Of a DNA stretch of 55,954 nucleotides, positions 24,773 through 35,135 are shown one piece after another. A program made the translations under genes and the position numbers. How positions within the stretch are numbered: position 1 is the stretch's first letter; each line of letters starts with the position of its first letter. The stretch covers positions 1 to 55,954 of IMG/VR virus record IMGVR_UViG_3300032047_000018; one strand, 5' to 3'. The DNA comes from a virus (Duplodnaviria; Caudoviricetes). The notes under the pieces are model-generated. The model was not told the DNA's origin and ran no database searches. It saw only the letters and a program-made list of their open reading frames with translations.

Positions 24773-26431
24773 TTAAGGTGTGCCTCCATGACCTCCACAT
24801 ACATAAATACCGCTATTTGCAATTCCGGCTCCAAATACATAATCTATTGCTACGCCTTCACTCTGTGTGGCATCGCCATTAAAATACCAACCGCTTGGTA
24901 GCTCGGATAGAAGGCTGCCATCGCTTTGCTCTGTTCTATATAATCTATCTCCTATAGTCGGATTACCCTGTGAATTACTTCCCGTAGTAGCCCCAGGTAT
25001 ACGCTCTAAGTAATATACCGGGAAAGTATCACCATTATTAAAATCGTTTTCACCATCTACACAAGCAGTTTCGTCGCCAGCGTAAGTTTCCCATAAGTTA
25101 GGATTTACTGGTCTTGAAAGATTTGTAGAGAAATTTGAAGGAGCAGGTGTGCCGCCGCCACAACTAGGTCCAGCATATGTTGGTATTGAATATCCTAAAG
25201 CTAATAAGTTGTCTACAACAATTTTAGTATAGTAGCCATCACAAGTGTCACCATCATTCCATGTTTGACTTACTTGTGGAGTAAAGGCTTGTTGCACTGC
25301 ATAATAAGTTAAATTAAGTGTTGCGGTTGCCATTTGAGTACCAGCAGCCCCACTTATAGAATCATTATAAAATTCCGCAAATCCGGATAAGTTACCGACT
25401 TGATTATTAATACTAACTGGGAATACTAATCCTCTATAAAAACCGCTATTAGTTGCATTTAATGTTGAAACCTGAGAGCCTAAACGCTGAATATCTTGTA
25501 ATCCAGTTTGTGTTACTGGCGAAGATGTAGTTGGATTGTATGAAGATGCCGCTAGTGGAACACCAATATTATCGCATTCATCCATGAATACACCTATAAC
25601 TACACTAGTAGCATTAGGAAAATCACCGCCTGCTACAGTGCTAAATCCAGCTGTACTTGAATTTGATCTGTTGTTTAATTGATAATGTGGCCTTTCGCTA
25701 GGATCACTTACTAAACTCACGTGACTATTATACCCATTAACACCGTTAGTCGCGTTATCTGTATTGCCTTGCGCTTGTGTAAGGCCTGTAGCAAAAAAGT
25801 CTTGTAGATAATATTGCAAACAAGTATTATCTAACGCGGGATTAGTAACCCCGGATCCTTGAAGATCTCTTTGGAGTCTTGCTAATGTAGTACCCATAGA
25901 TCCGCTGCTGTCAAAAAAGAATTTAAAATAAGAATCTACTGTTGGTACAATACCACCTATTGTTATTGATTGTGTATCGCTTGCCCCAGCAGGATCTGTT
26001 ACAGTTAAATCAAACGTAACACTACCACCTTGAACAGTTCCTTGAACCGTACAGAATCCTCTAGTAGCATCAGGTTGAATAATACTATAATTAGATGGCA
26101 TATTGGAAGAGCTCCAAACTAACAGGTCAACATCGTGATCTGGATCAGTTGCAAAACCTTGATATTCATAACTATCTCCAACTCCGAATGGTCCACTTGG
26201 AGGTGTTGATGTTATATTAGGTGGGTCGTTAACATCTGAAACACTAACTGTTACCGTAGCAACATTACTATCAAAAAAGCCATTGTTTACTTTATATGTA
26301 AAATTACCCGCTGAACCCGTGTAATTAGGGTTAGGTGTAAATACAACAGTACCGGTAGTTGGGTTTATTGTTCCTAACGTTCCGTTCGTCGTATTGTCAC
26401 TTACTAAGCTATATGTTAATGTTAATGGCAT
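24773..26431 (-). CDS. Tail-associated protein with Big_9/cadherin-like Ig, second Ig, vWA-like and Cys-bracketed domains
   Basis: Likely start is ATG 26431 (MPLTLTYSLV). Contains FTPNPNYTG..FTYKV..VNDPP and the MIDAS-like FDSSGSM. Confidence 0.75.
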   Translation of the reverse strand: MPLTLTYSLVSDNTTNGTLGTINPTTGTVVFTPNPNYTGSAGNFTYKVNNGFFDSNVATVTVSVSDVNDPPNITSTPPSGPFGVGDSYEYQGFATDPDHDVDLLVWSSSNMPSNYSIIQPDATRGFCTVQGTVQGGSVTFDLTVTDPAGASDTQSITIGGIVPTVDSYFKFFFDSSGSMGTTLARLQRDLQGSGVTNPALDNTCLQYYLQDFFATGLTQAQGNTDNATNGVNGYNSHVSLVSDPSERPHYQLNNRSNSSTAGFSTVAGGDFPNATSVVIGVFMDECDNIGVPLAASSYNPTTSSPVTQTGLQDIQRLGSQVSTLNATNSGFYRGLVFPVSINNQVGNLSGFAEFYNDSISGAAGTQMATATLNLTYYAVQQAFTPQVSQTWNDGDTCDGYYTKIVVDNLLALGYSIPTYAGPSCGGGTPAPSNFSTNLSRPVNPNLWETYAGDETACVDGENDFNNGDTFPVYYLERIPGATTGSNSQGNPTIGDRLYRTEQSDGSLLSELPSGWYFNGDATQSEGVAIDYVFGAGIANSGIYVCGGHGGTP

Positions 26432-26433
26432 AA

Positions 26434-29400
26434 TTATGGATTTGAGTCTAGTGCATCTAATTGTAATACGGCACAGGTTGTTGTACAATCTTCAGAAACG
26501 GTATATACCATATTGTTTGCAACTGGTGCAACTGTTCCTAAATAACATGACGGATTAATAAATATATGTACATTGTACGAGCTTAAAAGATCCCCTGTAA
26601 CAATTCCTCTACCTATCCCCTGCACTGAAAAGTCGTGACTATCTACATTGTTGTCTGTATTTGTATTGAAAAAAGTATCATCACCTTTTAAGTATTGAAA
26701 CCACTTTCCTTCTTTTTCTACGTATTCATTTACACCACCTGTTTGTAAATTAGTAGTTAAATATTCTGTATACCATCCGTCTTTATATACTGTTTGACTT
26801 GTGGGTATAAAGCTTATAGCAATCATTTCAGCGGCCGTTTTGTCTTGGTACTGTGCGTTGCTATATAAATATTGTTTTGATTTTGATCCTGTGTAATTAA
26901 GTGTTTTGTAAGATTTAACTACGTCAGGCATTTCATTAATTAAAAAGTTAATCGATGAATCATATTGTATACCGTAAAAATTTAATCTTGGTTGAGATTG
27001 TATACCATGCCTCCAGAGCATACCATCTTTCCATGTATAAAATACGTTATTTAAAGATATTAATCCTTCAATGTTTTCAAAAGATTTACGAGTTTCCCAT
27101 CCAGTTACTTTTTCTTTAAACGATAACACTGTAGATTGCGGTATATAATCTTCCCAATCCCCCGAACTATTTACTCTTTTAGATTTAAATTCGTTTTGCC
27201 ATTCGCTGGCTAAAGGGTCTAAGTATAAATTGTAAGCTTTTTTATTATCATCAAAACCACCAATACATAATGTTGATGATGCAAGGTTATCAGCGAAGAA
27301 ATCAATCATCCCATATTCAGATATAGGCGTTAATCCATTTCCACCACCACCAGGCATGCTTGATAATCTAAGCACAGCCCCTCGAGCCTTGTCGGTAAAG
27401 TATGCTCTAAAGCCATAGTTTGCAAAAGACTCTGGGTTTTTACTTATACCATATTCGCCGGCGTAAGGCCTTGGGGTACCCAAAACTTTATTACTTGCTG
27501 TTACTGCTGTATTTCCTGCCGCGCTAAACAATATATCTTTATTAGCCGGCACGCTTAATACTTTATCTTCACAAAAAGTAATTAAATCTGTATCTCTGGC
27601 CCATAATTTTTGTATAGATCCAAATCTTGGATTTATGTCTAATGTTATAGATTCAGCCTGTATAAATTGATTTAAATTATTTATACCTGATATAGAATTA
27701 AACAATCCAGAATATATAAATCCTGTTGTTTTTCTTTCTTCTGCGTATGGCTCATCTAGTGGGGCTGAGGCTATTGGGCCATTGCCTAAAGTAGATGCAT
27801 TGTAATCATCTCTAATTCTATCTGACTCTACACCATTACCAAAAGAATAACAATTGTACCAGTTTAAATCGTAAGGCTGGGGGCTGTTTATATCGCCGTG
27901 GTTGCTAATTGGTATTAAGTCTGATGCTTTATAATAGATATCTAAATCCACAGCCTCTGCGGGCTCCGTTTCCCATATACCTGGATTAGTACTGCTAAAG
28001 CTTTTTTCAATAAAAAACGGTGCAAGTAACTCCATTACGTAACAATCCGACTGATTTGTCCATTGATTATTCCCTATAGTAGGATTAAATCCGCCTGTAC
28101 CCGAAACTAATTTATATTCTATTTCATATCGAGTTCTTTTATTTGAAGATTGCGCAAATGAACCAGACTTAGAATCAGCCTCGTAATTTCTAATTCTTGT
28201 TACTTTATTGCTGGCTGTAATTTCATATATACCTTGTTCTTCTGGCTCTGCTTCTGTTCCAATACCTGGATCTTGCCTCCATCTAAATCTTTGTCCTACC
28301 GCTTCTAGTCCATCTACAAAGTCTGCATATCTTTTTAAAGTAGTATGCCCAACGTTAAAATCTTTATCTTTATCTGGCGGTACACCTGAAAAAGATAAAT
28401 CCATTCTATATATTACATCTGCCCCTTGCGTTGTTGAAGCCCAGCCTGTTCCATTACCACCCGTAGCGGCTGTAACATTATCAATAAATACATTACCATC
28501 GCCTCGGTCTTTCCAATAGCTTTTTCCATAAGATCCAGAAGCATAGCCTACTTGTGTTGCGTTTTTAATTGAATAATTATCTTCATTAGCGTTAGCCAAT
28601 ATATATTTTTCTAATGCTAAATCTCTATATAATTTTACAAAAAATCTACCTTCATATTCAGGCTTTTGCTCGTATACTTTTGCGGCTAATTCAAATTGTA
28701 GGCCAGAAGTTTGTGTATCTCCTGTGCCGTCAATAGAAGTAAACGCCATGTCATCACCAAATCTTCCTTCAATATTAATTTGAATAACATCAGCCCCTAA
28801 GCCATTAACAGTTTCAGAAATAGAGGCTACATCATACCAATCGCTTTTGCCTGTATTACCTACAATACGCATTACCTGCGGATTTAAAGTCTCTGAGGCA
28901 GCTTCTTTTAAAGGGCTTCTATTCCATGTACCTTGAGCTGGATTTGTGTCTGAGCCCAGTTTCATTTGCATGTAAGCATACTCCGGCAAAGGAAATTGCC
29001 CTTGACCGTCGCCACTACCGTTTTGAAAACAAAAAGTATTATTGGGATCGTTATCTAAAGTACCAAATGTTTTTATTCTTTCTCTAATAAATATTGGTGC
29101 CTCATTAGCTATCGCAACTACTTTATATCTAGCAGGGTCAGAAACAAACTCGTCGTTATCGTGTTGTTTTTTTAATTCTAAAAATGTATTTTCGTCTATT
29201 TTATTTCTTTCGGAAGACGGAAATGAAATCCATATATTTTGATCATCAGCTTCATACCAACGATCCATAGCTATATTATAATACGGTTGTGACGCTTCTT
29301 TTATGTACCATGTAAAATAATCGAAACCTTCTGGAGGCAAGCTAGTCATTGTAGCGGTAATCCTATTATATTGATTAGCTTCTGGCTTTTGTAATATAGT

Positions 29401-31056
29401 AGCCGCTGATTCTGATGTAAATACCGGAGATTGTCTTCCGTATTTATCAGAGTATACAACACCAACTTGATATGTTCTCTGCGATTTTATAGATGGGTGC
29501 GATACACCTGGTGTAGGTGGTAACGCATATCCCGCTTGATCCGGGTTTAATGTTGTATTAGGTGCAATTACAATATCTATTGTTGGCTTAATTGTTTGAT
29601 TTAAGTCATTTAATAGCGTATAATTTTGAACATAATTACCAAATATTAGCCTGTTAGCACTTATTTCTAAACTTTTAGCATATCTTGGAACATTGTCATA
29701 TGGCCTTAATATTTGATTAGAAGGTAACACAGAGCTAATAATTTCTGATTGTATATCATAAGTATTAGCCGTCCATATTTCATCATCTCTTTCAAAAGAA
29801 TCTACCTTATATACATTGGTGTTTGAGGTTTCTTTATATAACAACTCAACTTCTTTTACGTTGTCAGGTATGTCATTTGTAATAAAATTACTTATAAGAC
29901 ATTGCCTTAATGTATTTTTCATTCCTAAGTTGTACCCTTGGAACGTGTTATATTCAAATTCACCAGGTAAAAAGGCTACCTCAGAAAATGGTGAGAATGC
30001 AGAAAATTGGTTATCTTCATATTTCCATCGATATGCAAATGAGGGAAATTTAAATTCAAATAAAGGATCGTCTTCTTCTAAAGTAACATCCCATGGTAAT
30101 GCTACTGCTGAAACATTTTCTGAAACAGACAATACACTTACCTCTGCAAATGTTTGTGTTAGCCCTTGAGGAACACTAACAACTTGCACTCTTGCCTCGA
30201 AATTTACTTCGACTTGGTCGTCGTCTTCGGCACTGGTAGTTAGAATTAATACGTCATTTACACTATAGTAAGGATATGGCGATTGAAGCCAATTTAGTGT
30301 AAGTAAAGAGCCTGGGGGTAAAGGAACAAATCCAGTATTGCCTGGGTCAAATCCGATTGGAGCAGACTCGGTAAAGTTAGCAGATGTAGTGTTATTAACA
30401 ACCACAGGATTACCGTCAGGATCAGTAGCTCTCGTATTTGCTAGGTCTAGTATCGGAGCTGTAGTAGGATATTTTTTAATAACTGTTATATCCTCTTCTT
30501 GAAAGTCCCTTGTTATAACGCCGTTAGTATAAGTGGTGTGCGTTAAAAAATTAGTTGAACCATTTTTAAATGTTTCAATTGTAATAGATTTAGGTTCAGT
30601 TTGATTATCAGTCCACATTAATATGCCTTCCAATATACTTATACCTGTAATTAAATAATCTTTACTAAATTTTAATATATTTTGAGTGTCTACTAAAACA
30701 GGAGCTATTGTATCTGTTTTTTGATCATACTCAGCAATAGCACTAATACCACTTGACGCAAGAAACCAATATATTTTTTCGTTGATATCATCTCTTATAC
30801 TACCTATAGTGCATGGGTAATACATGTTGGGTATAAAGTCATTGCCCCATTCAGTTATAACACCTGTTTGCGGATTAAGCGTCTTGTTATTATTAACAGC
30901 GTTACCTAATACAGTTTGTAAAGATCCGACATTGCTACTTTCAGAAGTTGATATTTCTAAATTTAAAGAATCTCTATATTCGCCATTAGGTACTAATCTT
31001 TCATCGAGGTCTTTATTCATTTTCCCCGATGTAAAGTTGTGTATTACTTCTGGCAT
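26434..31056 (-). CDS. Tail muzzle/nozzle (stabilization, tubular protein B-like) protein
   Basis: N-terminus FTSGKMNKDLDERLVPNGEYRDSLN; motifs NRLIFGNY, YQVGVVYSDKYGR and GISKNPES; follows the ring proteins. Confidence 0.8.
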   Translation of the reverse strand: MPEVIHNFTSGKMNKDLDERLVPNGEYRDSLNLEISTSESSNVGSLQTVLGNAVNNNKTLNPQTGVITEWGNDFIPNMYYPCTIGSIRDDINEKIYWFLASSGISAIAEYDQKTDTIAPVLVDTQNILKFSKDYLITGISILEGILMWTDNQTEPKSITIETFKNGSTNFLTHTTYTNGVITRDFQEEDITVIKKYPTTAPILDLANTRATDPDGNPVVVNNTTSANFTESAPIGFDPGNTGFVPLPPGSLLTLNWLQSPYPYYSVNDVLILTTSAEDDDQVEVNFEARVQVVSVPQGLTQTFAEVSVLSVSENVSAVALPWDVTLEEDDPLFEFKFPSFAYRWKYEDNQFSAFSPFSEVAFLPGEFEYNTFQGYNLGMKNTLRQCLISNFITNDIPDNVKEVELLYKETSNTNVYKVDSFERDDEIWTANTYDIQSEIISSVLPSNQILRPYDNVPRYAKSLEISANRLIFGNYVQNYTLLNDLNQTIKPTIDIVIAPNTTLNPDQAGYALPPTPGVSHPSIKSQRTYQVGVVYSDKYGRQSPVFTSESAATILQKPEANQYNRITATMTSLPPEGFDYFTWYIKEASQPYYNIAMDRWYEADDQNIWISFPSSERNKIDENTFLELKKQHDNDEFVSDPARYKVVAIANEAPIFIRERIKTFGTLDNDPNNTFCFQNGSGDGQGQFPLPEYAYMQMKLGSDTNPAQGTWNRSPLKEAASETLNPQVMRIVGNTGKSDWYDVASISETVNGLGADVIQINIEGRFGDDMAFTSIDGTGDTQTSGLQFELAAKVYEQKPEYEGRFFVKLYRDLALEKYILANANEDNYSIKNATQVGYASGSYGKSYWKDRGDGNVFIDNVTAATGGNGTGWASTTQGADVIYRMDLSFSGVPPDKDKDFNVGHTTLKRYADFVDGLEAVGQRFRWRQDPGIGTEAEPEEQGIYEITASNKVTRIRNYEADSKSGSFAQSSNKRTRYEIEYKLVSGTGGFNPTIGNNQWTNQSDCYVMELLAPFFIEKSFSSTNPGIWETEPAEAVDLDIYYKASDLIPISNHGDINSPQPYDLNWYNCYSFGNGVESDRIRDDYNASTLGNGPIASAPLDEPYAEERKTTGFIYSGLFNSISGINNLNQFIQAESITLDINPRFGSIQKLWARDTDLITFCEDKVLSVPANKDILFSAAGNTAVTASNKVLGTPRPYAGEYGISKNPESFANYGFRAYFTDKARGAVLRLSSMPGGGGNGLTPISEYGMIDFFADNLASSTLCIGGFDDNKKAYNLYLDPLASEWQNEFKSKRVNSSGDWEDYIPQSTVLSFKEKVTGWETRKSFENIEGLISLNNVFYTWKDGMLWRHGIQSQPRLNFYGIQYDSSINFLINEMPDVVKSYKTLNYTGSKSKQYLYSNAQYQDKTAAEMIAISFIPTSQTVYKDGWYTEYLTTNLQTGGVNEYVEKEGKWFQYLKGDDTFFNTNTDNNVDSHDFSVQGIGRGIVTGDLLSSYNVHIFINPSCYLGTVAPVANNMVYTVSEDCTTTCAVLQLDALDSNP

Positions 31057-31061
31057 ATTAT

Positions 31062-31991
31062 TTAACTTTTAATCCATTTGGATTGGTTTCTCATTACTTG
31101 CGCTAACAGATTATTTTTAAGTTCTGATAATCTTATTTTAGCATTGCGTCTTGCGGCTACGGATTCTTTTTTCCATCTTGCTACCAGGTATTCTTGCGTG
31201 TTTGCTCTTGTTGATAATATAGCATGTACAATGTATTTATAAATTGCGTCTATTGCAAATTTATGCACTTGCATATCTTCCTCTGTACCTAAGCCATCAC
31301 TAATATATTTTAATACTACAATTCTACCACTTAGATTAGAGCTAAACCTGATCATGCCTTTTATTTTATCAATATAAAATACCCCGTTTGCTTGTGCTTG
31401 TTGTGGATTTAATCCATATCTCCCACCATAAGCATACATAAAAAGCAAATCTGGATTACCCATATACCAATTTTGTAATGCCGTATTAGCATTAAAAGCA
31501 TTAGGAAAAACGTCGTCTCTTTTAAATCTTTTTAAAGTTTCAGATTCTTGCGCTAAAGGTATTTGTGAATCGCTATCAAAAGTATATTCGTATTCACTGT
31601 CTTGTATATATGGAGTTGGATTACTTGTTAAATCGGTTCTATATATTATTCTTTCAATTCCATATTGATCCGTCCAGGAAAGTTTTGTATACCCTACATA
31701 ATCTTGTGGCAAAACCATATATAGCCCAGGTGGTATTTCTATTTCTATAGATTTTTCCTGAGGCAGTATATCAAAGCTAAATTCCTGTAAAGCTCTTTGC
31801 GCATAAAAAGAAACATCTGTTCTTTTAACTTTTGTTATAATTTTTTCTTGGCCTACATATATAGTCATGAAATTATTAATAACATCAGCAATACTTGTAA
31901 ATTGATAATCGCCATAATTCTCGTCGTTGCTGTTCCACAGCCCGTCGGGTCCTAAGTAATATTCCTCTGGTGTTTGATTTAAAAATGGCAT
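31062..31991 (-). CDS. Tail ring/adaptor protein
   Basis: LPQDYV motif and helical ends; lies between the capsid and muzzle genes. Confidence 0.65.
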   Translation of the reverse strand: MPFLNQTPEEYYLGPDGLWNSNDENYGDYQFTSIADVINNFMTIYVGQEKIITKVKRTDVSFYAQRALQEFSFDILPQEKSIEIEIPPGLYMVLPQDYVGYTKLSWTDQYGIERIIYRTDLTSNPTPYIQDSEYEYTFDSDSQIPLAQESETLKRFKRDDVFPNAFNANTALQNWYMGNPDLLFMYAYGGRYGLNPQQAQANGVFYIDKIKGMIRFSSNLSGRIVVLKYISDGLGTEEDMQVHKFAIDAIYKYIVHAILSTRANTQEYLVARWKKESVAARRNAKIRLSELKNNLLAQVMRNQSKWIKS

Positions 31992-31994
31992 ATA

Positions 31995-32735
31995 TTAAGC
32001 TTTTTCTTGTTGGTTAGTTTCTTGTTCCATGCTATTAGCTATTTGATACATCTGCACGTCTTCAACATTTAAGCCTGCAAACTCTAAGATTTTAACAACT
32101 AACTCTGTTTCTTCCGAATCATGCAGTTCAAAATTAGTCGCTGTTGTTGCATCATAAAGTGCTTCACCATAAACAATTTGGTAGCCCCAAACTACTTCAG
32201 CGGGCTTTTTAATATAATTACACGTTACATCCGATGTTAACTCGGTATTGCCATATACTTTGTAGCCTGAACTATTCTCTATAAATATAGGTCTTGTGTT
32301 TGTTGGACGTGTGTATGCGGATTGATTGATATAAAGAAAATCATTGTATTCAATTCGCTCGGCTTCTACAAATGTTTCAATAGTTGTAGTAGCACTTGGG
32401 TTTAATGTAAAACCCTCTGTGGTGTTTTTGTAAACTATCGTACCCATTCTGTAAATATCAGCGGGTGGGCTCCAATAGTTATTTGCATAAGTCATATCAT
32501 CGTTGACTTCAAATATGCTAATCTTTTCATTAAGTATATTTAGCATGTCAGAAAACTCTGTATCGTTTCCTGGTATACGGCCAAATTGATTTATATCATA
32601 AAAGTACTGTTCGAATATATCCAATTGTGCTTGATTAGCAAACAAGTTAAATTGCTGAGGTGTTACATATCCTCGTTGTTCTTTATTAAGTATTGCTAAT
32701 ACTCTTTGATATACAGTATCTACGCTTACAGCCAT
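31995..32735 (-). CDS. Tail ring/head-tail adaptor protein
   Basis: Motifs NKEQRGYVTPQQFNLFANQAQ and YIKKP; position in the virion module. Confidence 0.65.
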   Translation of the reverse strand: MAVSVDTVYQRVLAILNKEQRGYVTPQQFNLFANQAQLDIFEQYFYDINQFGRIPGNDTEFSDMLNILNEKISIFEVNDDMTYANNYWSPPADIYRMGTIVYKNTTEGFTLNPSATTTIETFVEAERIEYNDFLYINQSAYTRPTNTRPIFIENSSGYKVYGNTELTSDVTCNYIKKPAEVVWGYQIVYGEALYDATTATNFELHDSEETELVVKILEFAGLNVEDVQMYQIANSMEQETNQQEKA

Positions 32736-32753
32736 AATTTATATTTTGTTATT

Positions 32754-32789
32754 ATAATAATAGGCCACCCTTAGATAGCCTATTACTAT
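32754..32789 (-). terminator. Intergenic stem-loop (weak terminator or mRNA stabiliser)
   Basis: Minus strand TAATAGGCTATC-TAAG-GGTGGCCTATTA gives a 12-bp stem with 2 GU pairs. No strong U-tract. Confidence 0.5.
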
Positions 32790-32798
32790 AAAAGGTGA

Positions 32799-33554
32799 CT
32801 ATTTAAGTCTTTTTTCTATATTCTTGTAAAGCTCCATACCCTCGTCAGTCTTAAAGTATGCACTTAGTGCAGAATAAGGATGTTCATCAAATGGTACTGT
32901 CAATACTTTTTTACCACTCTTGCCATAAGTAAATGTTCTTTGGTCTTGTGATAATTTTAATATACCAGCTTCAATTGCTTTTGCACCAAAGTTTCTCAAC
33001 TCAGTGTTTTCATCTTGTGCTAGTTGTAAAAATAGCTGAGGATTTTTTCTAGCAAATACTAATAAATCTCTTTTTAATTCTTCTGAAGATAATCTATTAA
33101 CTTTCTCTCCAACTTCAACTCTTAATATAGCTTCTGCCTCATCTACTGTAGCTTGCTTAGCAAGATTTAAAGCTTGCAATTCAAACTCAATCCAAGCAAC
33201 TTCATTTACTGCTTGCTCTTTTGGTTTTATTTCTTCAATAATACCCTCTTTCATATACGGGTGATATAAGGATAAAAACTTTTGAAGAGTTACATCTTCT
33301 TTTTTTACTCTTAATTGCCCGTTTCTAAATATTACTCTACCCATTGTTGCTTTCCCTTTTTGTTCATCTACAAAAACAGAAGGCTGATTTGTTGCGTATC
33401 GTAATTCTCTTTGGTAACCTAAATTTTCATCAAACCATAATAAAGCTTTTCTTTGTGAATGAGCTGTTGGTATGGTAAATATTAAAGGTTTTTTATTTTT
33501 GGTAAGTTTATAAAGTCTATCTTTAACTTCCCATTGTGTTGCTGTTTTAGCCAT
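32799..33554 (-). CDS. Hypothetical virion-module protein downstream of the major capsid gene
   Basis: Clean 251-aa ORF with an AT-rich initiation region; no recognised motif. Confidence 0.7.
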   Translation of the reverse strand: MAKTATQWEVKDRLYKLTKNKKPLIFTIPTAHSQRKALLWFDENLGYQRELRYATNQPSVFVDEQKGKATMGRVIFRNGQLRVKKEDVTLQKFLSLYHPYMKEGIIEEIKPKEQAVNEVAWIEFELQALNLAKQATVDEAEAILRVEVGEKVNRLSSEELKRDLLVFARKNPQLFLQLAQDENTELRNFGAKAIEAGILKLSQDQRTFTYGKSGKKVLTVPFDEHPYSALSAYFKTDEGMELYKNIEKRLK

Positions 33555-33578
33555 GATATAATATAATATAATTGTTAA

Positions 33579-33620
33579 TAAAAAGTAAAGATTGGGTGCC
33601 CGAAGACACCCGTTCCTTAC
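33579..33620 (-). terminator. Intrinsic terminator after the major capsid gene
   Basis: Minus strand GGGTGTC-TTCG-GGCACCC (cUUCGg loop) with an extended GTAAGGA/TCTTTAC stem, then a T-run. Confidence 0.85.
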
Positions 33621-33632
33621 ATTAGTTTACTA

Positions 33633-35129
33633 CTAAGTAGCTTTGAATAATACAAAGTTGTTAGCGGCTTGCGTACACATTGTTCTCTCCGATAAGAAGT
33701 TAACAGTCATTGTGTCTGCGTCACTTGTATAGTTACCACCAACTGAACCAGTTACCCAAGATTTTAACCTTCTGTCATCAGCTTCAGAAGCTCTGTAGCG
33801 AATGTGTAAGAATGGTCTTGAAATATTCTGTCCTAATTGTTGATCGTAAACTGTAGAAGTTCCTGCTGGTACTAACACACCTTTAATATCGTCAATAAGT
33901 CCTCTAGTTGTAGAGTCATTTAGATATTTCCAGTCAGTTTTGTAAAAGTCATATGCTCCACGTCTGAAACCAGAGAATCCTAAGTTAAGCGCCATATCTT
34001 CAGAGTTATCAAATACACCATAAGATGTACCTCCTGCTCCGTAAGAATTTTGCTGTGCTAACATAGTATCAATATCAAGAGATGTCTGTCTGTCTAAGAA
34101 TAACATGTTCTCTTCAATTGCTCCCTGCTTATCAAGCTCTTGTAGAATAGTATCGAACTGATCGATTCCTGAACCACCAGCAGCTCCCGCAGGTTCTGCA
34201 AATGCTGGGTCATTATATACCAATCCTCTTTCTTCTAGTGTAGCAAATAAACCTTGCATACCTTGTAGGTTTCCACCTTGGAATCCTGTAAAGCCTGGTA
34301 CACCTGCTACCACTTGCTCTACATTCTTTGATTCTACCATACTCATTTCTAAGTAATCTTCGAATCTAATTCTAGACTCGTGCTCAGATTTTAAGTACCA
34401 TAGATAACCACCTGTACCAATTTCAGTAGTAACTTCAACCCATCCGATTTGAGCAACGTCTGAACCGTTTACTTCATACTTATCTCTGATGATAATTGGT
34501 TGATTACTAAAACTTGTAAAGGAAGCATCAATAGAATTTCCACCCTCTGGTGATCCTTTTTTGTATTCTGAACCGAAAACAAATAAGCTTAACTCCCCAC
34601 CTGCAGCAGCTCCTTGAAGGGCTACATCTAGTACGTTGTTAGCGTCATCATATACATCAATATTGTATGTTTGCAAACCACCTGCAACAGGTCCTGCTAA
34701 ACTATTAATGTAAATATTATTTGTATCGTTTCCAAGTGCGATAACACAAGTCATACCAGGTCCTAAAAGTGGTACATTCCCATCAGCTCCCGGAGAAGGT
34801 AATGAAATTGTTTGTCCACCCGGGCCTGCGCCTGGTGCATTTGATGTAACTGTATCATATGCAATGTGTAATCTTCCTTGTTCTGACCAAACTACTTGGT
34901 CTGATGCCATAGGCATCTCTGCCCCTACCATTCTTAAGAAACCAGTAATCGTTCTGTTTCCATAACGCTCTACTTCTTTCTCGTAAACTTCAGGTAAAAA
35001 TTGTTGAGTCCAAGTCATATCGGCTAGTGATAAATAGTTATCACCAAATAAACCTTGTACGGGTCTTGGAGTCAAATGCGCTAAGTTGGCCAACGTTGGT
35101 GGCGCTTGCGCAAATCCTGGTGCTGCCAT
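33633..35129 (-). CDS. Major capsid protein
   Basis: Follows portal and scaffold and is followed by a terminator. Motifs QQFLPEVYEKEVERYG, WSEQGRLH, NQPIIIRDKYEVNGSD and C-terminal ANNFVLF. Confidence 0.85.
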   Translation of the reverse strand: MAAPGFAQAPPTLANLAHLTPRPVQGLFGDNYLSLADMTWTQQFLPEVYEKEVERYGNRTITGFLRMVGAEMPMASDQVVWSEQGRLHIAYDTVTSNAPGAGPGGQTISLPSPGADGNVPLLGPGMTCVIALGNDTNNIYINSLAGPVAGGLQTYNIDVYDDANNVLDVALQGAAAGGELSLFVFGSEYKKGSPEGGNSIDASFTSFSNQPIIIRDKYEVNGSDVAQIGWVEVTTEIGTGGYLWYLKSEHESRIRFEDYLEMSMVESKNVEQVVAGVPGFTGFQGGNLQGMQGLFATLEERGLVYNDPAFAEPAGAAGGSGIDQFDTILQELDKQGAIEENMLFLDRQTSLDIDTMLAQQNSYGAGGTSYGVFDNSEDMALNLGFSGFRRGAYDFYKTDWKYLNDSTTRGLIDDIKGVLVPAGTSTVYDQQLGQNISRPFLHIRYRASEADDRRLKSWVTGSVGGNYTSDADTMTVNFLSERTMCTQAANNFVLFKAT

Positions 35130-35135
35130 AATTTA

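Noticed and set aside
26432-26488. Track start at 26488 for the Ig/vWA gene
   Set aside because: The extension overlaps the muzzle C-terminus and looks non-protein-like; ATG 26431 has the typical start context.
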